Shown: one piece after another, positions 27,970 to 38,300 of the stretch
How positions within the stretch are numbered: position 1 is the stretch's first letter
Layout: each line of letters begins with the position of its first letter
From: a virus
Virus record (IMG/VR): IMGVR_UViG_3300042090_002148
Length of the DNA stretch: 64,000 nucleotides
Direction: 5' to 3' (one strand)
Translations under genes and position numbers: made by a program
The notes under the pieces: model-generated
What the model saw: only the letters and a program-made list of their open reading frames with translations
Databases searched by the model: none
Told to the model about the DNA's origin: nothing

Positions 27970-28203
27970 CTAGGGCCCATCCTTCTCCTTGTCGACGAGC
28001 TCGATGTCATCCTCGTGCACAATGATCGGCGCTGAGCTACCTATGCGCACGAGATAGAAGCCCTCGCCTTCGTACCCGACGAGAGCCGCGCGTGTGTTCC
28101 CGCCTCTGAATCTGTCCTCGAGGCGCTTTGGTCTAACGACGAGACCCACCTTCACCTTCGAGACAGCTGGAGGTGGAACGATGTGATGGAACGCCTCCCT
28201 CAC
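27970..28203 (-). CDS. hypothetical protein
   Basis: 77 aa, overlaps upstream stop. Confidence 0.55.
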   Translation of the reverse strand: MREAFHHIVPPPAVSKVKVGLVVRPKRLEDRFRGGNTRAALVGYEGEGFYLVRIGSSAPIIVHEDDIELVDKEKDGP

Positions 28204-29372
28204 GGGATGCTTTCCTTGGTCATGGCGTCCGCGAGAAACTTCCCGGCCTCGGACTGCAGCAGCATCTTCTTGTCCACGTCCTCGCTCTTCGAGGCGATGT
28301 GGCCGAGCGCGCTCGAGATGAAGTAGAGGTTCGGCACACGCTCATTCTCGGGGGTGTAGCTGATGGGCGGGAGGTCGATGATGTCGTCCCCCTTGTCGAC
28401 GGCCATCTGCAGCCAGGCCATCTCGCTCTTTGTAAGCACGCCCTGAAGACGGCTGCGCACCTTGGTCCAGGGGATCTTCTCCTCGTGTGCGTAGCGAAGG
28501 GCGAAGAGAACGCGCTCGACCGTCTTCTCCGAGAGCTGCGCCTGCACTGCGTCGCGGATGGCCGAGCTCTGCGCAGCCACCTCCTTGTGCATCGTCTCCT
28601 CGCTGATCTCGAGGTCGCTGTCGGTGATGACGCTGCCAAGGTGCACGCGGCTGATGGTCTCATCAAGCACCGCCGAGGTCGCCGTCTTCGCGCGCCAGAT
28701 GGTCTGGCAGACCGAGAGCTTGCCCGCCCCGAAGTCGCTGTTGCTCCACTCCACGCCGATGCCGACGTGCTCTCCGGGGAAGGCCTCGAAGACGTTGGGC
28801 AGCAGGCACTTGAGGCTGGAGCGAACGGGGGAGCTCGCTGCTTCGATGGGGCGGGCTCCCATCTCCGTGCACACATCACGGAAGGCCTTGAGCAGGGGCT
28901 GGCTGGCGAGGTGGCGGTTGAACCGCGAGCTCAGGAAGCCGCGCAGCTCGTCGTTGACCGTGCGATGGAGGAAGCGTGCCGGCGCTCCGCTGCGGTCCTT
29001 GAACTCCTGCATGGAGAAGAGCTCGCGCAGGTTGTTCGCGAGGAGATGCAGCCGAGGGAGCTTCTCCTCCGCACGCGGTGGTGTCAGCAAGCTGTTGGTG
29101 AAGTTCATCGGCAGCGTCGCCTTCTGGCACAGCTGGCCCAGGGCGTGACGGTGGATGCTGACGTCCTTCGAGCCGTCGTACCGGATGCGCAGAGCCTCGG
29201 TCACGCCGCTCACGAAGAACGTCATCCGCTCGACGGGCACCAGCTTGTCGACGATGAGCGTGTTCGCCACCACTGTGACCAGTGCGTCCTCCTGGAGCTT
29301 TCCTGCAGCAAACCGCTTCATGAGATCGCTCTGCGACTTCTCGTACGTGTCGAACAATCCTACTTGTTGCAT
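28200..29372 (-). CDS. DUF932-like phage protein
   Basis: RTVNDELRGFLSSRF and GVEWSNSDFGAGKLSV resemble DUF932 motifs. Confidence 0.6.
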   Translation of the reverse strand: MQQVGLFDTYEKSQSDLMKRFAAGKLQEDALVTVVANTLIVDKLVPVERMTFFVSGVTEALRIRYDGSKDVSIHRHALGQLCQKATLPMNFTNSLLTPPRAEEKLPRLHLLANNLRELFSMQEFKDRSGAPARFLHRTVNDELRGFLSSRFNRHLASQPLLKAFRDVCTEMGARPIEAASSPVRSSLKCLLPNVFEAFPGEHVGIGVEWSNSDFGAGKLSVCQTIWRAKTATSAVLDETISRVHLGSVITDSDLEISEETMHKEVAAQSSAIRDAVQAQLSEKTVERVLFALRYAHEEKIPWTKVRSRLQGVLTKSEMAWLQMAVDKGDDIIDLPPISYTPENERVPNLYFISSALGHIASKSEDVDKKMLLQSEAGKFLADAMTKESIP

Positions 29373-29535
29373 CGTTCTCCTAGTGATGATGCTCTGCTAC
29401 TGCCTTGCAGAACGTGATGACTTCTTCGTCCGAGAAGTCTTGTCGCGCGAGATTCGCCATGACAGCGAGGAACCGCACGTTGCCTTTTATGTAACCCTCA
29501 GCATTACGGATACGATCTAGACTCGCGCTGAAAGC

Positions 29536-29775
29536 TTAGGCTTGGCCAACGACCTGCTTCTTCCCGAAGATGGTGTCGTAGTTGTTCCGGTACTGCGCGG
29601 TCGCCACCTGGGCGGGACCACCTGCCGACGTCGCGTTCTCTGCGTCGCGTCCTTCAAGGGCATCGGCGAACTGTCTGAAGATCTGGCCGACCCCGCAGTC
29701 TTCGCGGTGCTCTGCCGCGGCCCTGCGAAGGACAGCGGCAACTGGGTTCTCTGGTTTCTTCCCGTCGTCACTCAT
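29536..29775 (-). CDS. hypothetical protein
   Basis: 79 aa ending YRNNYDTIFGKK. Confidence 0.6.
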   Translation of the reverse strand: MSDDGKKPENPVAAVLRRAAAEHREDCGVGQIFRQFADALEGRDAENATSAGGPAQVATAQYRNNYDTIFGKKQVVGQA

Positions 29776-30607
29776 CCGCTTGTCCTGGGTTCAGGTACTT
29801 CTTCAAGACGGTGCCCATCTGCGTCTTCATGCGTGCGATCTGGCTGTCGGACTTGCCCATCTTCTTGGCGAGGACACCGGTGCGCGTGATCTTGGCGTGG
29901 TCGTTCTTCCCGAAGGTGTAGTTGAACAGCGTGTGCATGTCCGGCTTGTTCGGGAAGATGGTGTGCAACGTGTTGGCGGCGAGCTCGAGCTGCTGCTCCT
30001 CAAACGCGCGTCCCCCGACGTTGGAGCCGGGGGTGTAGTCGAACTCCTCGGAGCCAGCGAACATGCCAGCGGGAATGTCTCGACGTTGCGCCTTCTGGAT
30101 CTCTCCGATGAGCTTCGGCGTGAGCTTCCGGAAGTCGTGGTCCGGATCCTTCAGCATGTGCGTGTGGATCTCGTCGTTCGTGGGCTCGCGTCCGAGCTCG
30201 TCGAGCAGCGCATCCTTTGCTCGATTGATGTGGCCGATGTACCGGGCCTTCTCCTCGGGGATGTAGCCGGTGTTCTGGTGCTTGTTGTTGTAGCGCTGCA
30301 CCTTGATGAGGTGGTTCTCGACGTGCGTGTTGAGTGCCGCACCCTTGGTCGGGTCGTAGGTCCTGAACGCCTCGATGGCGTGCTTCTGGAGCTGGGAGCG
30401 GAACGCGCTCTCCGGCACCATCGGGGCCTTCCAAGTCGAAACCTTCCTGGTGAAGACCGGCGCGTACAGCTTGAGGAGCGGCTCGAGATGCTCAGGCTTC
30501 TGCCCGTTCTCCTTCCACTTCCTCCACAGCGAGAGCTCGTGCTCCTTGCGTGCTGATGGGGCCCCGGCCTCTTTCGAGCCCAGGTACTCAGCGAGCGGAT
30601 TGCTCAT
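29768..30607 (-). CDS. sigma-70-family (FliA/WhiG-like) RNA polymerase sigma factor
   Basis: region 2 AIEAFRTYDPTKGAALNTHV; region 3 ELGREPTNDEI; region 4 LAKKMGKSDSQIAR; AGGAG SD before ATG 30607. Confidence 0.82.
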   Translation of the reverse strand: MSNPLAEYLGSKEAGAPSARKEHELSLWRKWKENGQKPEHLEPLLKLYAPVFTRKVSTWKAPMVPESAFRSQLQKHAIEAFRTYDPTKGAALNTHVENHLIKVQRYNNKHQNTGYIPEEKARYIGHINRAKDALLDELGREPTNDEIHTHMLKDPDHDFRKLTPKLIGEIQKAQRRDIPAGMFAGSEEFDYTPGSNVGGRAFEEQQLELAANTLHTIFPNKPDMHTLFNYTFGKNDHAKITRTGVLAKKMGKSDSQIARMKTQMGTVLKKYLNPGQADE

Positions 30608-30618
30608 GTGACTCCTGT

Positions 30619-31026
30619 CTAGCGATGACCCACGATGCGCATGACGCTGTCGGTGAGGGTCTCGCTTGCGTCCTTCTCGGAATGCTCCGCCACGGGCAGG
30701 CGCCCGCGCTGGAGGAGCGGAGTGTGCGGATGGCCGTCGCGAGCGTTCTCGAAGAGCTCGGACATCATGGCCTGCTCGGGGGTGGCCGAGGTACGGGGCG
30801 AGTCGAAGAGACGCTCGATCATGTCGGCGCGTGTGTCCTTCGCCGCGCGCATGACGCCCTTGCTGTAGATGTCGGGGTAGCCGTTGGCCCCCTCGGGCGG
30901 CTGGTCCCCCCACTTCGCGTTCAGCGTCCCCGGCTTCCTACCGTCGGACTGCTCGTAGACGTTGTTCACGCTGACGTTCGTGTCCTCGAGGTTCGTCTCT
31001 GCGGCGTCTGCTTGCTTCTCGTTCAT
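30619..31026 (-). CDS. hypothetical protein
   Basis: TACAAT -10-like hexamer and AGGAG SD upstream. Confidence 0.7.
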   Translation of the reverse strand: MNEKQADAAETNLEDTNVSVNNVYEQSDGRKPGTLNAKWGDQPPEGANGYPDIYSKGVMRAAKDTRADMIERLFDSPRTSATPEQAMMSELFENARDGHPHTPLLQRGRLPVAEHSEKDASETLTDSVMRIVGHR

Positions 31027-31056
31027 GGCGGGGACTCCTGCTGGGATTGTACTCGG

Positions 31057-31512
31057 TCAGGCCGGAGGCTGGTAGGCCCAGGCCTTGTTCCGCGCATCCC
31101 ATCGGTCGAAGCAGGCACGGCTGCAGAAGGTGTGAGTGCCGTTGCCATGCAAGGGGATGAGGCACAGCCGACAAACGCGCTCGGTCGGCGTTTCGTACAT
31201 GACGACCTTCCTCGTCTCCTGGTTGTGCAGGTCCTTCTCCTGCGCGAGCTCGCGCTGCAGCTGCTGGAGCTCCTGTCCGAGGCGCAGGACGGAGCTCCGC
31301 ATCGCCGCGATGACCGCCTGCTCGAAGTCGCCGGCGTAGAAGCGGATGTCCTGGTTCAGCCGAGTCACGACGGCCTCCTTCAGGGCCTCGTCGTTGTACT
31401 CCCCCTGCAGCGTGATGGTGAGGTGCCGGTTCCCGTTCGCTAGCTCGCTCACCTTCACGCCGATGCAGTGCATGTCGATGCCCGGTGCTGACCGGTCTTC
31501 ATTCATGATCAT
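31057..31512 (-). CDS. hypothetical protein with coiled coil and TRASH-like zinc finger
   Basis: CRLC...FCSRAC. Confidence 0.65.
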   Translation of the reverse strand: MIMNEDRSAPGIDMHCIGVKVSELANGNRHLTITLQGEYNDEALKEAVVTRLNQDIRFYAGDFEQAVIAAMRSSVLRLGQELQQLQRELAQEKDLHNQETRKVVMYETPTERVCRLCLIPLHGNGTHTFCSRACFDRWDARNKAWAYQPPA

Positions 31513-32128
31513 TCGCCTTCACCTCCAAGAGTCGTTTGCCTTGTTCCACTGCGAAGTCTGGGCTGCCGTGCGTGTAGCAGACCTCGAAGAGAGCCTCCCC
31601 GAGCTTGCGGGCATGCGCACAGGTCTGCTCGCGGGCGTACGTCTGCGTCGCCACAACCCCGGCACGTGCAGCCAGGAGCGCAAGCCTTGTTTTCTCCCTG
31701 CGTGCGTCCGCCAGCTGTCTTGGACCACGTCGCTCCTCTGGCGTGTCGAGCTTGAAGACAACGTGTGCGACGACGGCCTCGTTGATGCTCTCGTCGATCT
31801 TCTTGATCCAGAGCTCGAGGTACTCCGGGTTCAGCAGGTCCCCCTTCGAGGACATCGAGGGAATCAGCCGGTCCTTGTTCCGGATGATCTGCCAGACGTC
31901 CCCCGAGAGGAAGGCCACGTTGAGGAAGATGTTCGATGCCTCCCACGCGCGAGCGCGTGTCTTGGCGTAAGAGCGTGGCTCCCTCAAAGGATCCAGGTCT
32001 GCCTTCCCGGTCTCTTCGTTCACAGCACGAATGAGCGCGCGCTGCTTGTCGAATGACTCGGAGAAACTGGCTGCGAGCTTCGCGTCAGAGGGGATGAGCG
32101 CGCAGTACGCCTGAAGCAACGGGCACAT
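31499..32128 (-). CDS. hypothetical protein
   Basis: 209-aa ORF. Confidence 0.6.
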   Translation of the reverse strand: MCPLLQAYCALIPSDAKLAASFSESFDKQRALIRAVNEETGKADLDPLREPRSYAKTRARAWEASNIFLNVAFLSGDVWQIIRNKDRLIPSMSSKGDLLNPEYLELWIKKIDESINEAVVAHVVFKLDTPEERRGPRQLADARREKTRLALLAARAGVVATQTYAREQTCAHARKLGEALFEVCYTHGSPDFAVEQGKRLLEVKANDHE

Positions 32129-32179
32129 CGAGAGAGGACCTCCTCGAGGGCATCGTAAAGCCCTCGAAGTCCTTGTCTC

Positions 32180-33151
32180 TCAACCGATGTGTGTTTTGAA
32201 CGCGCCCGGGAGACCGATGCCGAACTTTGGACCACGCGGCTTCACTTGATCTGCGATGCTCGGACCAGGAGGCGCGCTCGCCTTCGGTGCCCCCACCTGC
32301 GTGGTCTTCTCGAGCTGCGACGCTGGCGTCAGTCCCGCGATGGCTTGCTTGCGCATCTCACGGAGCTCGGCCACGAACTCGGCCAGCTTCTCCGTCGACA
32401 TGGAGAGCATCGCCTCTTTGTTGACCGGCCCCTTGCCCAGACTCTTGCCGTGCTTGTCCGTTTCGATGACCGCGTCACCCTCGAGCTTGAAGTACCCGGC
32501 GTGCTTCGCGTTGATGTTCACCGGACGAAAGTCGCCGGGCGAGTAGGTCGTGAGCCCGATGCTGTCGCTGTCCTTCTCGGTCCCCTTCTTCGTGTCCTCG
32601 AAAGCGCCGTCCTTTTGGATGGCCACATCGAGGCGTGGCGCGCGGAAGGAGGGGATGTCCGAGGCCATCATGAAGTTGCCACGCGTGGGCGCGCTCGCGG
32701 CCACCTTGTCCTTTTCCGCTTGAGCGGACATCTTGGCGGCACAAACAGCGCAGTTTGGGTCTGGGTGCAGTTGACGCGGCGGCATACCCCAAAGGCGCCT
32801 TCCGACCTTCTCCTCTCCCTGATGGAGATAGGACTTCAGCGTCTTCTTCTCGGCGTGCCGATCAAGCGCACCACGAACCAGGGGAACTCCCCCCATACCA
32901 ATGGCTCCCGCGGCAGCGGCGCCCAGGGCAGAGCGACGTGTGACCGAACGTTCACCCCCCTCGATGGCACGGCTGACGACGTGCCCGAGAGCTCCAGCGC
33001 CGGCTCCGAGACCGCCGTACCGAGCCACCTGGCTGCCGGTGGGCTTGCTCTTCTCGAGCTGGTCGAGCCTGTCCAACGATCGACGTGCCTCTTCATCCGA
33101 GACCGCGCTGATCTTCTCGAGCTCGTCGAAGCAGGCGTCGAAGGCGAACAT
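32180..33151 (-). CDS. putative internal head protein (ELEKI motif)
   Basis: N-terminal CFDELEKISA; low complexity; glycine-zipper helices. Confidence 0.55.
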   Translation of the reverse strand: MFAFDACFDELEKISAVSDEEARRSLDRLDQLEKSKPTGSQVARYGGLGAGAGALGHVVSRAIEGGERSVTRRSALGAAAAGAIGMGGVPLVRGALDRHAEKKTLKSYLHQGEEKVGRRLWGMPPRQLHPDPNCAVCAAKMSAQAEKDKVAASAPTRGNFMMASDIPSFRAPRLDVAIQKDGAFEDTKKGTEKDSDSIGLTTYSPGDFRPVNINAKHAGYFKLEGDAVIETDKHGKSLGKGPVNKEAMLSMSTEKLAEFVAELREMRKQAIAGLTPASQLEKTTQVGAPKASAPPGPSIADQVKPRGPKFGIGLPGAFKTHIG

Positions 33152-33882
33152 CAGTGCCTCGTCATCAGGTGCGCGGCCGAGGGCGCTGCGAGGACACCGA
33201 GACCGCCGAGCTCCATCGCTGCCCCGGCCCCGTGAGGGAGGACGGTGCGCTTCTCGACCCCGGCCTTGTTGTGCTCGCCGGCGGCGAGCGCGCGACCATG
33301 GGCCTGGACCTCGTCGGCCACCGGCGCAGCGAGGATGCCAAGACCCGCGAGGTCGGTGGCATGCGCCCCCGTCTCCGAGCTCACGGCCTTGCCCATGCGT
33401 GCGAGCAGACTCCCCGCCGTCTTGGCGAAGAAGGCGTCGTACTTCATCGCCGACTTCAGCATGTCCGGGTACTTCGCCTGAATCTTCTTGCGCACCGCTG
33501 CGAGGTCTGCGCTGTCACCGTGCATCTTGGCGAAGCCAAGGGCTGAACGCGCGTGGGCTCGGTCTGGGATCGGGTAGGCCTCCTGCCCGGTGTTGGACTT
33601 GCTCGGCTTGACGGCGAAGTCCTTGGCAGGGAGCTTGGCGCGCGCCGCAGGGGTGAGGTCAGCCGCGGCCTTGAAGGGGTTGAGCGCTGGCGCCTGCTTG
33701 AATCCCGTACCTGCCCCAGCCAGGATCGCAGCCGTCCCTGGCTTGGCCATCTGCTTCGCCGCACCGAGGGACTTCGCAGCACCCAGCGCGCCGCGCGCGG
33801 CAGCCGGGAGGGGCGGAGGGATGCCCATCGCGAGCTTCTCGAAGTAGTTGCGCAGCATCGCCTGCATCTCAAGCTGGTTCAT
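33151..33882 (-). CDS. putative internal head protein with DUF6582-like domain
   Basis: YFEKLA; ARAKLPAKDFAV...YPIPDRAHARSAL. Confidence 0.55.
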   Translation of the reverse strand: MNQLEMQAMLRNYFEKLAMGIPPPLPAAARGALGAAKSLGAAKQMAKPGTAAILAGAGTGFKQAPALNPFKAAADLTPAARAKLPAKDFAVKPSKSNTGQEAYPIPDRAHARSALGFAKMHGDSADLAAVRKKIQAKYPDMLKSAMKYDAFFAKTAGSLLARMGKAVSSETGAHATDLAGLGILAAPVADEVQAHGRALAAGEHNKAGVEKRTVLPHGAGAAMELGGLGVLAAPSAAHLMTRH

Positions 33883-33894
33883 CGACGTGTCCTC

Positions 33895-34257
33895 TCAGCG
33901 TTCTTGCTTGTTCTTCTTGTACGCCTGCGTGGCTCGCTGCGCTCGCAGTACGGGAGAGTTCGCGAGCATGCCGGCCAGCGCCGAGAGCTCGCCAGCCTTC
34001 TTCTCTTTCTCCTCCGTGTGTCCGTGCGCCTTGCCGATCTGGTACCCCGTCGCCCCGGGAACGAGAAGCAGCGCCGCGATGTCACCGGCGTCGCGCGTGA
34101 ACTTCTTCCCCGCCGCGGCTTCAGCGTGACCCACCGCTTTGCCCAGCTGGTAGCCGACCAGCGAAGGGATCATGTAGTGGCTGGCGTCGATGACGGGTCC
34201 TACCACCGCAATCTTCTCGAGCTCGTCGCAACAAGCTTCCATCATCACGTTGTTCAT
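33895..34257 (-). CDS. putative internal head protein (ELEKI motif)
   Basis: N-terminal CCDELEKIA. Confidence 0.55.
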   Translation of the reverse strand: MNNVMMEACCDELEKIAVVGPVIDASHYMIPSLVGYQLGKAVGHAEAAAGKKFTRDAGDIAALLLVPGATGYQIGKAHGHTEEKEKKAGELSALAGMLANSPVLRAQRATQAYKKNKQER

Positions 34258-35285
34258 CCGACATGCTCCGGAGGTTGATTTGATGCGCCAATGTCTGCCG
34301 AGTTTTGAGCAAGCCCGGTGATGGTCGTAGCCTCCCCACGTCCGTCGAGTCTATCAACCGCACTGGGGTCCTTCTCTTTCGTCGGCACGTCCCCCTTGCG
34401 CTTCATCTTGCCCGCCGGCGTCGCGTAGATGCCAGGACCCGTCATCTGCGAGGGGTTGAGTGACCTCTCCTGCAGGCCCTCCCATCCCTCGGAGGGGATG
34501 TCGCCGGGGCTCGGCTTCTTCCGCGTCTCAGGGGAGGACATCGGGTTCTCGCCCGTGTTGAACGGGTTCACGCTGCCCATCGCTCCAGGCACCGTGGAGA
34601 TCTTCTCGAGCTCGTCGAGAAAGGCTGCGTGCTTGTGGATGCTGTAGTCGACGGCCTTGTTCGCGCCGTATGCAGCCGCAGCACCGCCGAGGATCTTCCC
34701 CTTGTGGTTGTTCCAGACCTTCTTGACGTCGTCCTTCACGGCATCCACCGCCGCGCGTCCTGCGTGACGCCCAATCTCACCAGCGGACTCGCGCTGTGCC
34801 TTGCCTCCCGCCTCGATGAGACGGTGCGTGGCCTCTTCGATGTGTGGCTTGACTGCCGCGGCTACTTCATCGACGCCCGCATGCAGGTGAGTCTTGGCGG
34901 CCTGAGCAGCGTGCTCCTGCACGTGCTTCACAGCACCAGCCCCTAGACTTCGCGCCTTGTCGAAGACGCCACCCTCCTTCGTGCTGAGGGTCGTAGACTT
35001 GACCTCGGGCGGGAGCTCACCGGGGTGCTTGGGGGGCTTCGCCGCGCCGGCGTCTTCCCAACCACCGGAGACGTCGTCCGGCTTCCCAGCAGAGTCTCCG
35101 CCTGTCGCGGCCTCCTTGACGTGCTGAAACTTGTGCAGCTTTCCGTCCTTCTCCTTCTTCAGGAGGTTGGCCGCAGAGATGGGGCGGCGTCCCTTACGCA
35201 CACTCATGACGCCTCTGCCGTGCATGCGCGCTGCGCTGATCTTCTCGTACTCGTCGAGAAAGGCGGCCATGGAGGCAGAAGACAT
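34254..35285 (-). CDS. putative internal head protein (two ELEKI-type motifs)
   Basis: AFLDEYEKISA and AFLDELEKIST. Confidence 0.6.
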   Translation of the reverse strand: MSSASMAAFLDEYEKISAARMHGRGVMSVRKGRRPISAANLLKKEKDGKLHKFQHVKEAATGGDSAGKPDDVSGGWEDAGAAKPPKHPGELPPEVKSTTLSTKEGGVFDKARSLGAGAVKHVQEHAAQAAKTHLHAGVDEVAAAVKPHIEEATHRLIEAGGKAQRESAGEIGRHAGRAAVDAVKDDVKKVWNNHKGKILGGAAAAYGANKAVDYSIHKHAAFLDELEKISTVPGAMGSVNPFNTGENPMSSPETRKKPSPGDIPSEGWEGLQERSLNPSQMTGPGIYATPAGKMKRKGDVPTKEKDPSAVDRLDGRGEATTITGLAQNSADIGASNQPPEHVG

Positions 35286-35291
35286 GTGCCC

Positions 35292-35300
35292 AGAGTAGCA
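35292..35300 (-). promoter_or_regulatory. extended -10 promoter, probably leaderless transcript
   Basis: TGCTACTCT, then 6 nt to ATG 35285; no SD. Confidence 0.4.
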
Positions 35301-35324
35301 GGGGTCCGGTGCTGGCGGAACAGC

Positions 35325-38300
35325 TCACCCAAGGATGGCGCGCTGCGACTGGATGGCAGAGACGTACTGCTGCACGGCCTGCTGTTTCCGCAAGCGCGTG
35401 TCCGCCCGCTGAGCAGCAGGAGTGCCTCGCTGAATCCCCACAATGTTGCTGATAGCAGGCGTCACCAGGCCGAAGAGATTGTTGTAGGGGCCGAAGCTTC
35501 TGGAGTGAAAGCCCTCGATGCCCGAGATGACAGTCTGCCCTGTGGGGTCGTAGGCTAGATCCGACGTCCCAAAAAGGTCGATCATCGTTGCGATATTTCG
35601 GTGTGTGTAGCCCGATATGAAGGCATCAACATCAACACCGGGCGTTGTCTTTACAACAGAGTAAAGCTGAACCAAAGTCGCCACAGCCTGCTCAATGCTG
35701 GCTTGTTGATCGAGTGCCAAGAGACCAGGTGCTGCGGCTTTCGGATCAGCAGCGCTAGTTGCCTGGGCTGCTGTAGAGAGTGCGGCTTGTGCAGCCGCCT
35801 GGGCTACTCCGGTTGAAGTTGTACTTCCATCCGCTGCTTGTACAAGTTGCTGGTCGGTGATTGAGCCCACGCCAAAGAACGCTTGGTATGCCTGTCCGAT
35901 GAGAGAAGGGTGCCACACATCTCCATACCATCCCGGCCTCAAGTATTCTTCAAGCGGGAGCTGCACAGACTGCTGCGTGTACCGCGCCACATTCTCAGTC
36001 ACACGGTACGCATTGAACTGCACGAGCTCCGTCGGGTCACCGATATAGTTTGCGACGTTCGCTCCATAGACCGAGGCAGCCTGAGAGATCCCAACGGTCA
36101 CGTTGAGGGATGCCGTTGTACTCCCGGCAATGGGGGGTCCTTGATACACGGGCAGCGACTGCCCCTTGTACGCCTGGGTCACGTCGCTGACCGCTGTGAT
36201 GGTGCCGCCGTTCGGACCATAGGTCCCCACTTGCGGTGAGCTGTACGCCGCGACGACAGTGATGCGCGAGGCAGGCTGGCTCGAGACCGCCATCACCTGG
36301 TTGGTGGGGCGTGCCACGCCCAGGAACTCTGACCCCTCATTGAACTGCCGAGCGTAGGTCCCGGTGCACGTTGTACTGCCGGAGCTCTGGCTGATGGTGT
36401 GCGTGACCTCTGTGAGGTTGCAGAGGAAGTGTGCGCCAAGAAGCTCATCGATCTTGTTCGTCGACACACCACCGTTTTGGGCGATGAGCTGGTTGCGGGT
36501 GTCGATCATCTCCTGGCTCACGTACTTGTCGATGACCAGCGCGGGAAACCCGCAGGCCAGGTACGGGTTGAACTTGCCGGAGATCTGGAGCTGTCGCGCA
36601 GCGAAGCGGTACTTGAAGTAGAGGAAGTTCGTCGAGCGCTGAGCCAGGCCGATGTGCTCTGCCACGCCAAGCGTCATGGTGCCTGAGCGCGCCCCGAAGA
36701 TGTTGAGCTCGCCCATCTTCTCAAAGACGGGGATGATGCCGGTGAAGAGCTCGTGGTCGAGGATGCCGTTCTGCAAGAGAGACTGCAGCTCGTTACTGCC
36801 CGTTTGCACTGTGCCCGTCGGCACGGTGTAGCCCTTAGGGGCATAGTAGAACTCGTCAAAGAGCTCGTCTTCTCCGAAGAACTCGTCATTCGTCTTGAGG
36901 AGAAGACGCGTCGGTTCCTGCAGGAAGTTCTGCCCGTAGGTGAGGGTGTCGTAGTGCTCGGGGAAGAAGACGTTGCACCGAGGAGGCGCGCTGAACCACA
37001 CGTCCGGACGAAAGATCTGCTGGCACAGCCGCGCTGGTACCGTAGTTGTTCCGCCGGCATTGGTGATTTGAAATCCTGCTGCACTTTGCATCTGTGCAAG
37101 CGCAGCAGCGAGAGGGTCACTTACTGCGTTGGTAACTGCAGTTGACGCCTCTGGATACCAGCTCGAAGCAGCTGAAAGAGCCTGCGCAATCGAACGGGAA
37201 GCCGAGGTGTAGTACGCCTTCGCCGATTGCACCGGCTGGGTGGTCTGCTGCGTGATGAGGTTCGCGGTATTGTCGCAATTCTGCTTGAGGGTAGTGAGAC
37301 TACTTAGCAGCTGCTGCGTAGTGCCTTCTCCGAAGAACAGGCTGCTCTGTAGGTCTTTGATGGCTGCGATGTTGCTGTCCGCATTAGTGGCAATGAAGGC
37401 CGCGTCCGTAGAGCGCACGCTAGTTCGAGTAGCCGGACCTGGTCTTGTAGTGGGCTGCTGGTAGAACGGGCATGGCTGCGCGTAGGTCTCGTGGAAGATG
37501 ATGCCCATCAGCGCGTTGATGGCCTGACGCATCGTGACCTGCTGGCCAAGCCCACCCAGAGTGCGCCCCAGGAGCGAGTCGTACCCGGCGCTCAAGAGAC
37601 GGCTCGCGGTTGGGTCCTGCTCGTACGCCGTGATCATCTGGGTGATGTGGAGGCGGAGCTCGGCGAGGCTGAAAAAGACGTTGTCCCCCGCGATCGTCTG
37701 CCCGTAGCTGTAGCTGCCTCCGATGGACTCGAGGAGGTGCACGATGCCACCCAGCAACCCCTGCAGGTTCGGGTACTGGATGGAGGGCGACTGGAGGATG
37801 CGGATGATGGCCGACCCTTCGTCCTCGAGGAAGTCGGTGAACAGGCTGGTGCTGCCCCCGGAGAAGAGCGCCTTGATGCCGGGCCCGAACAGATCGGTGT
37901 TGTTCCACTGCTGGGCCGAGTCCCAGTAGGAGCTCCAGTCCTGGCACTGCAGTACGAGTGACCGCTGCGCCTGGTTCTTCGTCCACTGGTAACCGACGAT
38001 CTCCCCACCAAAGCACAGCTTGTAGTTCGCGTTCTGGATGTCCGGTGAGTCTCCGACGCTGTTCGTTCCGGTGCTGGGCGTCGCGTTGCTCCCCGTCGTC
38101 TGGTTCTGGTACGCGGTGGGACTCTGGTTCGTGGCCGTGTTCACTGCCCCTGCGGACACCGGGAACGGCGTGTTGGCCGTCTCGTAGTCGTAGAAGAACA
38201 GGTGGACGATGGTCCTCGGCAGAAACCGTGTGCCGTCGGGCAGCGGAGGGATCTGCAGCGAGCACACCGAGGGCGCGTTGGGGACGACCTGGATGGTGGC

